A stretch of 32,000 nt of DNA from Mycolicibacterium smegmatis (lineage in GTDB: Bacteria > Actinomycetota > Actinomycetes > Mycobacteriales > Mycobacteriaceae), in NCBI RefSeq assembly GCF_001457595.1, contig NZ_LN831039.1:720001-752000 (forward strand), read 5' to 3'. The notes beneath the pieces were generated by a model. The model was not told where the DNA came from and did no database searches. It saw nothing but the letters and a program-made list of their open reading frames with translations. Made by a program: the position numbers and the translations under genes. Positions 1-8,518 of the stretch are shown piece after piece (the stretch's first letter is position 1; each line of letters opens with the position of its first letter).

Positions 1-804
1 AGTGTCGTGCAGCCCTTCAACGAGTTCATCGTCATGCCGTACAACGCGTCCTCGATTCAGGATGCCGTCGAGAAGAGCGTGAAACTATTCGGCGTGCTCG
101 AAGAGGTGCTCACCGAGTATCTGGGGCGCAAGCCGCAGGTGGCGTCGTCGTACGGTTTCGCAAGCCCGTCCTCGGACCCGCGGGAAGTGCTGCGGCTGCT
201 GATGACCGCGGTGGAGCGCGCCGGTGTTGCCGACACCATGGCCTTCGCTTTGGACTGTGCGTCCAGCGAGATGTACGACGCCGCGGACGGAACCTACGAA
301 CTCAACGGGGAACGCGTCAGCTCCGACGATGTGATCGACTACACCCGCCGGCTCAGCAACGAGTTCCCATTTGTCTTCATCGAAGATCTCCTCGACGAGG
401 ATGACTGGACCGGATACTCCAAAGCTGTAGCGAATATCGACAAGTCGATCATTCTGGGTGACGACCTCATCGTCACCAACCGTGATCGTCTGCAGCTCGC
501 GGTGGAATCCTCAGCGGTAGGCGGGTTCATCCTCAAACCCAACCAGGTCGGCACGATCACCGAGGCGCTGGACTGTTATCGCTACGCGGTCGATCACCAA
601 CTCTTGGCCATTCCTTCGGGCCGCTCCGGTGGTGTCATCGACGACGTCGTCATGGATCTGTCGGTCGGTCTGTCGGTGCCGTTCCAGAAGAACGGAGCGC
701 CACGCTCAGGCGAACGTATTGAGAAGCTCAACTTCCTTCTGCGAGTGGCTGACTCGATGCCAGAGTGCGTGCTTGCCGACGTGCCCGCGATGGTCAGGTT
801 CTGA
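1..804 (+). CDS. enolase-family protein, C-terminal barrel portion (5' end outside window); divergent paralog
   Basis: Frame 1 is open from base 1 to TGA at 802-804. Manual alignment to classical enolase gives FALDCASSE (Asp246 region), FIEDLLDEDDW (Glu295), ILGDDLIVTN (Asp320), FILKPNQVGTITEAL (Lys345) and FQKNGAPRSGERIEKLNFLLRV (Lys396). The GDEGG segment reads ASSYG and SHRSGETED reads SGRSGGVID. Confidence 0.8.
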   Translation, partial: SVVQPFNEFIVMPYNASSIQDAVEKSVKLFGVLEEVLTEYLGRKPQVASSYGFASPSSDPREVLRLLMTAVERAGVADTMAFALDCASSEMYDAADGTYELNGERVSSDDVIDYTRRLSNEFPFVFIEDLLDEDDWTGYSKAVANIDKSIILGDDLIVTNRDRLQLAVESSAVGGFILKPNQVGTITEALDCYRYAVDHQLLAIPSGRSGGVIDDVVMDLSVGLSVPFQKNGAPRSGERIEKLNFLLRVADSMPECVLADVPAMVRF

Positions 805-1001
805 CCGCAACCCTCACAGAGTCCGAATCTGCAGCGTCGAAGGGACCCCAACCTGCCATCGCACCGGCCACCGAACCTTCCAAAAGAAGCCCGACCATGA
901 CCGACCCTCAAGATGACGGTGGCCGAACGAACTGAAGGCCGTCACCACCGGGTAGGAACGCTGATGAGCCGCATCACCGCGATACGAGACGGTGCCGAAC
1001 T

Positions 1002-1634
1002 TTGACGATCATCATCGGGATACCCCGCGAATCTCTACCTGGTGAGACGCGTGTCGCCGCCACACCGCAGACGGTCGGCCAGATTATCAAGCTCGGTTAC
1101 AACGTCGTCGTCGAATCCGGCGCGGGCGCTGCGGCGAGTTTCTCCGACGGTGCGTACATCGAGGCCGGTGCCGACATCGGTTCGTCTGATCAGACCTGGG
1201 ATGCCGACATCGTCCTGAAGGTGAACGCGCCCGACGATCCCGAGATCGCCGCGCTGCGTGACGGCGCCACGCTGGTCAGCCTGATCTCGCCCGCACTCAA
1301 GCCCGATCTTGTCGACAAGCTGGCCGCGCGCCCGATCACGGTGCTCGCGATGGACGCGGTGCCGCGGATTTCGCGTGCCCAGTCGCTGGATGTGTTGTCG
1401 TCGATGGCCAACATCGCCGGCTACCGCGCGGTGGTCGAGGCCGCGCACAGCTTCGGCCGGTTCTTCACCGGTCAGGTCACCGCGGCGGGCAAGGTGCCGC
1501 CGGCCAAGGTGCTGGTGGTGGGCGCCGGGGTGGCCGGGCTGGCCGCGATCGGCGCGGCCGGCAGTCTGGGTGCGATCGTGCGGGCCACCGATCCCCGGCC
1601 CGAGGTTGCCGATCAGGTCAAATCCCCTCGGTGA
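1002..1634 (+). pseudogene. pntAA: truncated NAD(P) transhydrogenase alpha subunit (PntAA) N-terminal fragment
   Basis: TTG start. Motifs seen: MTIIIGIPRESLPGETRVAATP, AMDAVPRISRAQSLDVLSSMANIAGYRAV and the dinucleotide-binding VLVVGAGVAGLAAIGAAGSLGA. The ORF ends abruptly at RPEVADQVKSPR* after 210 aa, where full-length PntAA proteins continue for well over 100 residues. No pntAB or pntB follows. Confidence 0.75.
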
Positions 1635-1663
1635 AACGCGGAGTTGTCCGCCGTCCACGCGTA

Positions 1664-1836
1664 AGCACCCAGCGACGACTCGCCCATACGAGTTCAGTTG
1701 GCGTTCACAAGCATTGGACGAGCGATTGGGTGCGGCTCACGCTGTGGAGCTGCCGTTTGTATTCGACCGGCTTGACCTGGACGCCGTGCGCGGCACCCGC
1801 GCATTGCTCGGTCCCGGCGAACCTCCGCCGCGCTGG
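1664..1836 (+). pseudogene. C-terminal fragment of a carboxylesterase paralog (no start, no upstream part)
   Basis: Nucleotide and protein similarity to 4828-5000 of the intact esterase gene in this window: HPATTRPYEFSWRSQALDERLGAAHAVELPFVFDRLDLDAVRGTRALLGPGEPP versus HPATTHRYEFGWRSASLDGRLGAAHAVELPFVFDRLHLGVLRGPRALLGPGEPP. It is diverged with many substitutions and a 1-nt gap near 1828, and similarity stops at 1836. Confidence 0.8.
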
Positions 1837-2711
1837 AGGTCTTGGATATTTTTCCCCTGGACGGATCGGGCCAGCAGTTCCATCGTGTCCGCCGACGCGG
1901 AACCGGCAGCGGTCGTGACGAGGCACAGGGACTGCTCGGCGTTGCGGGCGATCTTGAGGTTCTGCTGTGTGACGGTGAACGCGCCGACCAGCGGATGGCG
2001 GAGGTCGTAAGTGTCGGCCTCACACGGCTTGACGCGATGATCTGCCCACAGGGACACGAATTCGGGGCTCTTCATGGACAGCTCGCCGATCAACCCTGCC
2101 AGCAGGGCGTCTTCGGGAAACCGCCCCGCGACCAAGCGCAAGTTGCCGACCACCGCGCGGGCCTTGCGCTCCCAGTCGGCGTACAGCTCGCGGGTGTGCG
2201 GATCGAGAAACAGCAGCCGGGCAAGGTTTGGTCGCTCACTGGGACGATCCACCAGGGAGGGGTCGACATGCCCGGCGAACAGCGCATGTCCCAGGGCGTT
2301 CCAGGCCAGGATGTCCGTGCGTCGGCCCACCACGATCGCGGGGAGGTTGTCCAGTGAACGTAGGAGATCCCGGGTCAGCGCGCTGACCCGCTCGGCCGGC
2401 GGCCGCCGGGCAGGCTGAGACCGCTGTGCGGCGAGTTCACGCAGGTGGCGCCTCTCGTGGGCATCCAACTGCAGCGCATCTGCCAACGCATCGAGGATCG
2501 CGTCCGACGCGTTCACCGACTGTCCCTGCTCCAGGCGCGTGTAGTAGGACACGCTCACCCCGGCCAGCTGGGCGAGCTCCTCGCGTCGCAGGCCAGGCAC
2601 CCGCCGGCGCTCCCCGAAGCGCGCCAAGCCGACGTCTTCGGGGCTGAGGCGGCTGCGTCGGGCCCGCAAGAACTCGCCGAGTTGTCCGGTGGTCATCACA
2701 CCACTATGCAC
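1737..2711 (-). CDS. XRE-type HTH transcriptional regulator with MmyB-like C-terminal ligand domain
   Basis: HTH motif GLRREELAQLAGVSVSYYTRLEQG, and the remainder resembles the MmyB-like regulator family. GTG start at 2711, with an alternative ATG at 2696 (MTTGQLGEFLRARR). The last ~32 codons (1740-1835) are antisense to the esterase remnant and are probably non-native read-through. Confidence 0.8.
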   Translation of the reverse strand: MHSGVMTTGQLGEFLRARRSRLSPEDVGLARFGERRRVPGLRREELAQLAGVSVSYYTRLEQGQSVNASDAILDALADALQLDAHERRHLRELAAQRSQPARRPPAERVSALTRDLLRSLDNLPAIVVGRRTDILAWNALGHALFAGHVDPSLVDRPSERPNLARLLFLDPHTRELYADWERKARAVVGNLRLVAGRFPEDALLAGLIGELSMKSPEFVSLWADHRVKPCEADTYDLRHPLVGAFTVTQQNLKIARNAEQSLCLVTTAAGSASADTMELLARSVQGKNIQDLQRGGGSPGPSNARVPRTASRSSRSNTNGSSTA

Positions 2712-2797
2712 CGAGGCCGGGCGGGATGCCTGACCCTGCCAGTGGTAGGCAAACGCGGGTCTGGTTGTCCCGCCGAGGGATACGCAAGCTTGGCGGC

Positions 2798-3706
2798 ATG
2801 GACGAGATTGTGTTGGGCGACGTGTCGGTTACCCGCGTCATGGAGTACTACGGCTCTGTCGAGATGTCACCGGAGACGTTCTTTCCGGAGAGCCCCGACG
2901 GCGCCTGGCAACGCAACGAGCAGTGGCTCGCGCCGGACTTCTTCGACCCCGAAGCGAACATCTGCATATCGGCCATCCAGACCTGGGTGTTGCGCAGCGA
3001 GGGCAGGACCATCCTCGTCGACACCGGCGTGGGTAACCACAAACAACGGCCGCACTCACCGGTGTGGCACGACCTCGACACCGCGTTCCTCGGCAACCTC
3101 GCCGCCGCCGGGGTGGCGCCCGGGGACGTCGACCTGGTGATCAACACGCACCTGCATGTCGACCACGTCGGCTGGAACACCTATCTCGACGACGGCAGTT
3201 GGGTGCCGACGTTTCCCAACGCCACCTATCTGATGCCGAGGCCCGACTTCGAGTTCTGGAACCCGGAGAACGGGCATCACTCGAATCCAGGGGCCCGCAA
3301 CGTGTTCGAGGACAGCGTCGCACCTGTGCACGCTGCGGGGCTGACGTTGTTGTGGGACGGCAACTTCCAGATCGACCCCAATCTGACGCTGGAGCCGGCC
3401 CCTGGCCACACGCCCGGTTCATCGGTGGTGACGCTGCGGTCCGGCACCGACCGGGCTGTCTTCGTCGGCGACATGATGCACACCGCACTGCAATTCGTCG
3501 AACCGGACACCAACAGTTGCTTCTGCGAGGATCCGGTGCAGGCGCGGGTCACCCGCCGCCGGATTCTGGGCCAGGCGGCAGACACGAACACGCTGGTGTT
3601 CCCCGCACATCTCGGTGGCCACGGCGGTGCCGAGCTGGTGCGGGACGGGGACCGGTTCTCGATCAAGGAATGGGCGCCGTTCAAGCGCGTGACCGCCCAT
3701 GCCTGA
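2798..3706 (+). CDS. MBL-fold metallo-hydrolase
   Basis: HxHxDH motif THLHVDHVGWN plus downstream His/Asp (GHTPGS, VGDMMHT, FPAHLGGHG). I prefer the ATG at 2798 (MDEIVLGDVSV) over the ORF-track start at 2726. The stop overlaps the next ATG (ATGCCTGA at 3699-3706). Confidence 0.8.
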   Translation: MDEIVLGDVSVTRVMEYYGSVEMSPETFFPESPDGAWQRNEQWLAPDFFDPEANICISAIQTWVLRSEGRTILVDTGVGNHKQRPHSPVWHDLDTAFLGNLAAAGVAPGDVDLVINTHLHVDHVGWNTYLDDGSWVPTFPNATYLMPRPDFEFWNPENGHHSNPGARNVFEDSVAPVHAAGLTLLWDGNFQIDPNLTLEPAPGHTPGSSVVTLRSGTDRAVFVGDMMHTALQFVEPDTNSCFCEDPVQARVTRRRILGQAADTNTLVFPAHLGGHGGAELVRDGDRFSIKEWAPFKRVTAHA

Positions 3707-5090
3707 TCCGATCGTCGTCACCGCCGACGGCGCGGTCCGGGGCCGGCGCGACGGTGACGCGCACGTATTTCACGCCATCCCGTATGCCGCACCGCCCACC
3801 GGCGCAGCGCGCTTCACCGAGCCCGCGCCGCATCCCCCGTGGCGCGGCGTGCGCGACGCCACACAGCCGGGACCGACTGCGCCGCAGCCCAACCGGGGCG
3901 GGTTCGGCGCGCTGGACATGTCGCCGTTCTTCGGTCAGGGCTGGATACCCGGCTCGGACTACTTGACCGTCAACGTGTGGGCACCGCCTGCCGCCGAGCA
4001 GGCGCCGGTCATGGTGTTCGTGCACGGCGGTGGCTTCGTCGCCGGATCCACCCGGTCACCGCTGTACGACGGCACGGCGTTCGCCCGTGACGGCGTGGTA
4101 CTCGTGACCGTCACCTACAGGCTGGGCATCGCGGGATTTCTCAGCCTGCCTGGCGCGCCGGACAATCGCGGTCTGCTCGACGTCGTCGCCGCACTGCGGT
4201 GGGTGCGAGACAACATCGGTGCGTTCGGCGGCGATCCCGGCAATGTCACGCTGTTCGGCCAATCCGCCGGCGCGACGATCACCGCTGCTGTGGCAGCCAC
4301 GCCCGACGCCGGACGGCTGATCCGTCGCGCGATCGTCCAGAGCGGCAATGGCATGGGTGCATTCGACCGAGAGCAGGCCGCGAGGGTGACGCACGCGGCG
4401 GCCGAACGGCTCGGCATTAAGCCGACTCTCGACGACTTCGCGCGGGTGAGCGACGAGCGCCTCGTTGACGTGTCAGGTCAATTGACCGGGCTGGATCTAC
4501 GGACCACCGACCGGTTCGATCCGCTGGTGGGGCTCAGCCCTTTCAGCATCGTGCTTACGCGTCAAGCCGCAGAGACCATCGGCGACGAGGTGCCCATGCT
4601 GATCGGCACCAACACCGAGGAAGGCAATCTGTACCTGGCTCCCGGCGGCCTGCTCGACACCTCGACCGCCGCCGACGTCCGCAGCCTGGCAGCGCGCGTC
4701 GACACCGATCCGGCGGCTCTGGTGGCGCGCTATCGCGACCGGCACCCGCGGGCCGGCTGGGGTGAACTGCGGTCGGCAATCCTGGGTGACGCGTTGTTCG
4801 GCACGGGCAGCCGCCGGCTGGCCCAGGTGCATCCGGCGACTACGCACCGCTACGAGTTCGGTTGGCGCTCAGCGTCCTTGGACGGGCGACTGGGTGCGGC
4901 CCACGCGGTGGAGCTGCCGTTCGTGTTCGACCGGCTCCACCTGGGCGTCTTGCGCGGCCCCCGCGCGTTGCTCGGTCCCGGCGAACCTCCGGCCGCGCTG
5001 GCCGCCGAGATGCACGGCGCCTGGGTTGGTTATGCCAGAACCGGTGACCCCGGTTGGTCGCAGTCGGTGACGCACCGGTTCACGGGCTGA
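3699..5090 (+). CDS. type B carboxylesterase/lipase (para-nitrobenzyl-esterase-like)
   Basis: 463 aa. Oxyanion motif VFVHGGGF, nucleophile elbow FGQSAGA, acidic NTEEG, and catalytic His region GAAHAVELPFVF. Confidence 0.88.
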   Translation: MPDPIVVTADGAVRGRRDGDAHVFHAIPYAAPPTGAARFTEPAPHPPWRGVRDATQPGPTAPQPNRGGFGALDMSPFFGQGWIPGSDYLTVNVWAPPAAEQAPVMVFVHGGGFVAGSTRSPLYDGTAFARDGVVLVTVTYRLGIAGFLSLPGAPDNRGLLDVVAALRWVRDNIGAFGGDPGNVTLFGQSAGATITAAVAATPDAGRLIRRAIVQSGNGMGAFDREQAARVTHAAAERLGIKPTLDDFARVSDERLVDVSGQLTGLDLRTTDRFDPLVGLSPFSIVLTRQAAETIGDEVPMLIGTNTEEGNLYLAPGGLLDTSTAADVRSLAARVDTDPAALVARYRDRHPRAGWGELRSAILGDALFGTGSRRLAQVHPATTHRYEFGWRSASLDGRLGAAHAVELPFVFDRLHLGVLRGPRALLGPGEPPAALAAEMHGAWVGYARTGDPGWSQSVTHRFTG

Positions 5091-5146
5091 CGGAGCGCCG
5101 AGATTGCGCTGAGGGTCGTGAACCCCGCGAAATCACAGCCCTGGCT

Positions 5147-5779
5147 TCAATCTCGGTGATGTGCGTCGCGCTCGCCGGGCTGCAGGGTCCCCAACGCGTC
5201 CAGCATCAGGCGCAATTGATCGACGAGTTGTTCAGGGGTGAAGGTGATCTCACCGGCCAGCCAGGCACTGAGGGTCTGGGTCACCCCGCCGACCACAAAA
5301 TGCGACACCGCCCTGAGTTCGTCGTTCTCTTTCAGTCGCAACGTGTCACCGGCGTGCTGACCGAGCAGGCCCGCGAAAAACGCGATGGATTCGACGCGTT
5401 TTCGGGCCAGCACCTCGTTGGACTGCTGGGTGCTGAACAACAGCCGGCCGATGCGCGGATCGTCGGCGATGATCCGCACGATGGTGTCCATGCCGGCCGC
5501 GGTCTGCTCCGGTAGCGGAACGGCCGTGACGGCGCTCTGGATCGAGATGGCGATGTCGGCGATCACCCAGTCGTAGACCTCGGCGACGAACTGGTCCTTG
5601 TCGGAGAAGCTCTCGTAGAAGTAGCGCGCGGCCAGCCCGGCTTGCTTGCACACCGCCCGGACTGTCAGCTCGGCGTTCTCGGCGCCCAACAGGTCCAACC
5701 CGGCCGCCAGCAGCTGACCGCGGCGCTGCGAGAGGCGGTCGGCCGCTTCGATGCCACGGTATGGGCGGACCGGCGTCAC
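5147..5779 (-). CDS. TetR-family transcriptional regulator
   Basis: 210 aa with a GTG start. N-terminal HTH LTVRAVCKQAGLAARYFYESFSDKDQF. Divergent from the MpaB-like gene. Confidence 0.85.
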   Translation of the reverse strand: MTPVRPYRGIEAADRLSQRRGQLLAAGLDLLGAENAELTVRAVCKQAGLAARYFYESFSDKDQFVAEVYDWVIADIAISIQSAVTAVPLPEQTAAGMDTIVRIIADDPRIGRLLFSTQQSNEVLARKRVESIAFFAGLLGQHAGDTLRLKENDELRAVSHFVVGGVTQTLSAWLAGEITFTPEQLVDQLRLMLDALGTLQPGERDAHHRD

Positions 5780-5857
5780 TCAACCATCTTGACACTCGTC
5801 ACACCGGCGGGCCACTATCAGGAAACACACGTTCTCAGTTTCTCGATAGGGGTGCTC

Positions 5858-6763
5858 ATGACGGTCAGTGAACCGGTCCGGGAGATCGTCGAACGGCCGA
5901 TGGCAGGTCCGGCGTACCCGGAGGCTCACACCAGGCGACGCCGACGCGGCGCCGGCTTCGACGACGGACTGATGGGGGTGGCGTTGCTGGCGGGCCCGGC
6001 CAACGTGATCATGCAGCTGGCCAACCCGGGCGTGGGCTACGGCGTCGTCGAGAGTCGCGTCGAGAGCGGCCGCACCGACCTGCACCCGGTCAAGCGGGCC
6101 CGCACCACCTTCACTTACCTCGCGGTGGCCACCCGCGGCGACGAACAGCAGAAGGCCGCTTACCGCCGCGCGGTCAACAAGGCGCACGCCCAGGTGTACT
6201 CCACCGAGGACAGCCCCGTGAAGTACAACGCGTTCGACAAAGACCTGCAGCTGTGGGTCGCCGCCTGCCTCTACAAGGGCGGGGTCGACGTGTTCCGGAT
6301 GTTCGTCGGCGAGATGGACGACGAGACCGCCGACCGGCACTACCGCGACAGCGTCACCATGGGCACGACGCTTCAGGTCCCCGAGGAGATGTGGCCGGCC
6401 GACCGCGCGGCCTTCGACAAGTACTGGGCCGAGCAACTCGACAAGGTCCACATCGACGACACCGTGCGCGGGTATCTATACCCGATCGCGGCGGGCCGGC
6501 CGAAAAACCCGAAGTTGCCGCGGTTCATCCAGCACCGGCTCGACAACGTCGCCCTGCTGATCACCACCGGATTCCTGCCGCAGCGGTTCCGTGACGAGAT
6601 GTGCCTGCCCTGGGATGCCCAGCGGCAGCGGCGGTTCGACCGGCTGATCGCGGTACTGCGGACGGTGAACAACCTGCTGCCGTCGGTCCTGCGGCAGTTC
6701 CCCTTCAACGTTCTGCTGAAAGACCTCGACTGGCGGATCCGCACCGGGCGCCCGCTGGTCTGA
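5858..6763 (+). CDS. MpaB/DUF2236-family oxygenase-like protein
   Basis: ATG at 5858 preceded by GATAGGGG (MTVSEPVREIV). The central region GVALLAGPANVIMQLANPGVGYGVVESRVESGRTDLHPVKRARTTFTYLAV is typical of DUF2236. The ORF-track start at 5642 would overlap the TetR gene and is rejected. Confidence 0.7.
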   Translation: MTVSEPVREIVERPMAGPAYPEAHTRRRRRGAGFDDGLMGVALLAGPANVIMQLANPGVGYGVVESRVESGRTDLHPVKRARTTFTYLAVATRGDEQQKAAYRRAVNKAHAQVYSTEDSPVKYNAFDKDLQLWVAACLYKGGVDVFRMFVGEMDDETADRHYRDSVTMGTTLQVPEEMWPADRAAFDKYWAEQLDKVHIDDTVRGYLYPIAAGRPKNPKLPRFIQHRLDNVALLITTGFLPQRFRDEMCLPWDAQRQRRFDRLIAVLRTVNNLLPSVLRQFPFNVLLKDLDWRIRTGRPLV

Positions 6764-6774
6764 GTATTTGTCCT

Positions 6775-7206
6775 TCAGTCCAGACTCGGCCTCAGATGAC
6801 GGACCGTGGTGAATCGGGCGAAGTCCCGATCGAGAGTCGCCACGTCGCAATGATGTTCGTGGGCGATGGCCGCGAGCACTGCATCGGGGATCAGGTCGCC
6901 GGAGGCATCGCCTTCGTCGCAAAGTTGGTGCAGCAGCGCAAGGTGCCGCGGGCCCGCGCTTACCGGCACGTGGTGCGGTTGGCCGTTGACGGCTTCGATG
7001 AACGCGAACGCATCGTCACGGGGTGTGGGGACTGGGAAGATACGCCGATTGGTTACCAATCGCAGGAACGACGCCCACACCTGTACCGGGACGGTGAACG
7101 GTCCGTCGCCATCGAGCAGGCGATCGAACCACGGACGCACGGTGGCGTGATCTGGGTGGTCTGCGCGGTATGCCGCAAGTACGACGTTCACGTCTAGCAG
7201 GAACAT
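6775..7206 (-). CDS. vapC: PIN-domain ribonuclease toxin VapC
   Basis: 143 aa. MFLLDVNV (first acidic residue), [12 protein letters not shown] and [10 protein letters not shown] acidic motifs. It lies 8 bp downstream of a small antitoxin gene. Confidence 0.85.
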   Translation of the reverse strand: MFLLDVNVVLAAYRADHPDHATVRPWFDRLLDGDGPFTVPVQVWASFLRLVTNRRIFPVPTPRDDAFAFIEAVNGQPHHVPVSAGPRHLALLHQLCDEGDASGDLIPDAVLAAIAHEHHCDVATLDRDFARFTTVRHLRPSLD

Positions 7207-7214
7207 TGCGCTCG

Positions 7215-7472
7215 CTACTTGAGCGCGTTGAGGTCGAGGCCTTCGTCGAGGACTTCGTGAAGTGCGCGGGCCGACCGTAGGTCGATACCGGCACGCGGCC
7301 CGGTGCCGTCGGTGAATACCGGAACCTCTGGACGTGGCGCCGCTTCCTGATCGGCAGCCAGTTCGCGGCGCAGAGCATCCTCGATCACCGAGCCCAATGA
7401 CTGGCCACGCTGGCGGGCTCGGCGCTTGGCCGCGGCCAGTAATTCATCGGCGATCGCGATCGTGGTGCGCAC
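7215..7472 (-). CDS. vapB: VapB-type antitoxin (ribbon-helix-helix-like N-terminus)
   Basis: 85 aa with a GTG start. [38 protein letters not shown]. It sits immediately upstream of vapC on the same strand. Confidence 0.8.
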   Translation of the reverse strand: MRTTIAIADELLAAAKRRARQRGQSLGSVIEDALRRELAADQEAAPRPEVPVFTDGTGPRAGIDLRSARALHEVLDEGLDLNALK

Positions 7473-7479
7473 GATGACA

Positions 7480-7502
7480 ATGCTAGCGCATCAAGCGCAT
7501 CA
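7480..7502 (-). promoter_or_regulatory. candidate leaderless vapBC promoter (-10 TAGCAT) with tandem 9-bp repeat (possible VapB operator)
   Basis: On the minus strand the sequence reads TGATGCGCT TGATGCGCT AGCAT tgtcatc GTG. A TANNNT hexamer (7480-7485) ends 7 nt before the GTG start at 7472. A perfect tandem repeat AGCGCATCA x2 occupies 7485-7502 on the plus strand. Confidence 0.35.
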
Positions 7503-7534
7503 CCAATGTCGGCGCAACGTTGTGAGCTCGTAGG

Positions 7535-8473
7535 GTGACCTGTCAGGAACACGGCGTACTCTCGCGCGACGTGAGCACCGGACGGACTGACAACGACAGC
7601 TGGGACATCACCACAAGCGTGGGCTCGACCGCGCTGTTCGTCGCCGCCTCAAGGGCTTTGGAGGCACGAAAACCGGAACCCCTGGCCGTCGACCGGTACG
7701 CGGAGACCTTCTGCCGCATGGCCGGCGACCAATGGGTCGATGCGATCGACGGCACCGATCCCGAGCACCCGTTGCGGACCGAGTTCGGCCGGCACTTCGT
7801 GAACTTCCAGGCCGCGCGCACCAAGTACTTCGACGAGTACTTCCACCGCGCCGCCGCGGCCGGGGTGCGTCAGGTCGTGGTGCTGGCGGCGGGCCTGGAT
7901 TCCCGTGCCTACCGGTTGCCATGGCCGGATGGCACAGTTGTCTACGAACTGGACCAGCCCAAGGTCCTCGAGTTCAAACGCGACGCCATGAAACGCCTCG
8001 GCGAAACCCCTGCCGCAGAGCGTCGCGAGGTTGCCATCGACCTCCGAGAGGACTGGCCGCAGGCCCTCCGAGCAAAGGGCTTCGACCCTTCCGAACCCTC
8101 GGCGTGGATTGCCGAGGGCCTGCTGATCTATTTGCCGGCTCCAGCACAGGATCGGTTGTTTGCCGGCATCGACGGATTGGCCGCCCCGGGCAGCTTCGTG
8201 GCGGTGGAAGAGGCCTCGCCGATGCCCCACGACGCGTTCGAGGCCAAGCGTGCGGAGGCCGCGGCCTCCCCGGAAGAGAACGAATTTTTCACGCTGGTGT
8301 ACAACGAGCAGCACGCCCCCGCTGAACAGTGGTTTTCCGCTCGGGGGTGGGTGGCAGCGACCACCCCTCTGCATGAATATCTAGGTCAGGTCGGTCGGCC
8401 CGTCCCTGGTCCGGACACTGAAGCGGGGCTGATGACGGGCACAATCAGCCTGGTTTCCGCAACCAAAAGGTGA
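7535..8473 (+). CDS. SAM-dependent O-methyltransferase (mycobacterial Rv0281-like / LCMT family)
   Basis: [26 protein letters not shown]-terminus and [15 protein letters not shown] motif I. GTG start at 7535, with an alternative GTG at 7571 ([11 protein letters not shown]). Confidence 0.8.
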   Translation: MTCQEHGVLSRDVSTGRTDNDSWDITTSVGSTALFVAASRALEARKPEPLAVDRYAETFCRMAGDQWVDAIDGTDPEHPLRTEFGRHFVNFQAARTKYFDEYFHRAAAAGVRQVVVLAAGLDSRAYRLPWPDGTVVYELDQPKVLEFKRDAMKRLGETPAAERREVAIDLREDWPQALRAKGFDPSEPSAWIAEGLLIYLPAPAQDRLFAGIDGLAAPGSFVAVEEASPMPHDAFEAKRAEAAASPEENEFFTLVYNEQHAPAEQWFSARGWVAATTPLHEYLGQVGRPVPGPDTEAGLMTGTISLVSATKR

Positions 8474-8518
8474 GCCGATTCACGTTCTGACCGGACTACG
8501 TGCATCTCGACACTGAAC

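Noticed and set aside
897-935. 12-codon mini-ORF (MTDPQDDGGRTN) in the 197-bp spacer upstream of the pntAA stub
   Set aside because: It is too short, has no obvious ribosome-binding site, and I cannot check conservation. It is probably chance. I also saw no tRNA-like or riboswitch-like structure in 805-1001.
2720-2774. 7-bp inverted repeat GGCGGGA ... TCCCGCC in the regulator/MBL divergent region
   Set aside because: The arms are separated by 41 nt and are GC-rich in a GC-rich genome, so it is likely chance and not operator-like.
2726-2797. N-terminal extensions suggested by the ORF track for the MBL hydrolase (2726), MpaB (5642), tam (26996), stf0 (28714), esxH (18020), eccD3 (19219) and PE (15515)
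   Set aside because: These extensions overlap upstream genes or run through AT-rich or non-coding-looking sequence. Internal starts give N-termini typical of each family and/or have ribosome-binding sites.
5094-5110. Short hairpin AGCGC-N7-GCGCT between the convergent esterase and TetR genes
   Set aside because: It has only a 5-bp stem and no U-tract, so it is too weak to call a terminator.
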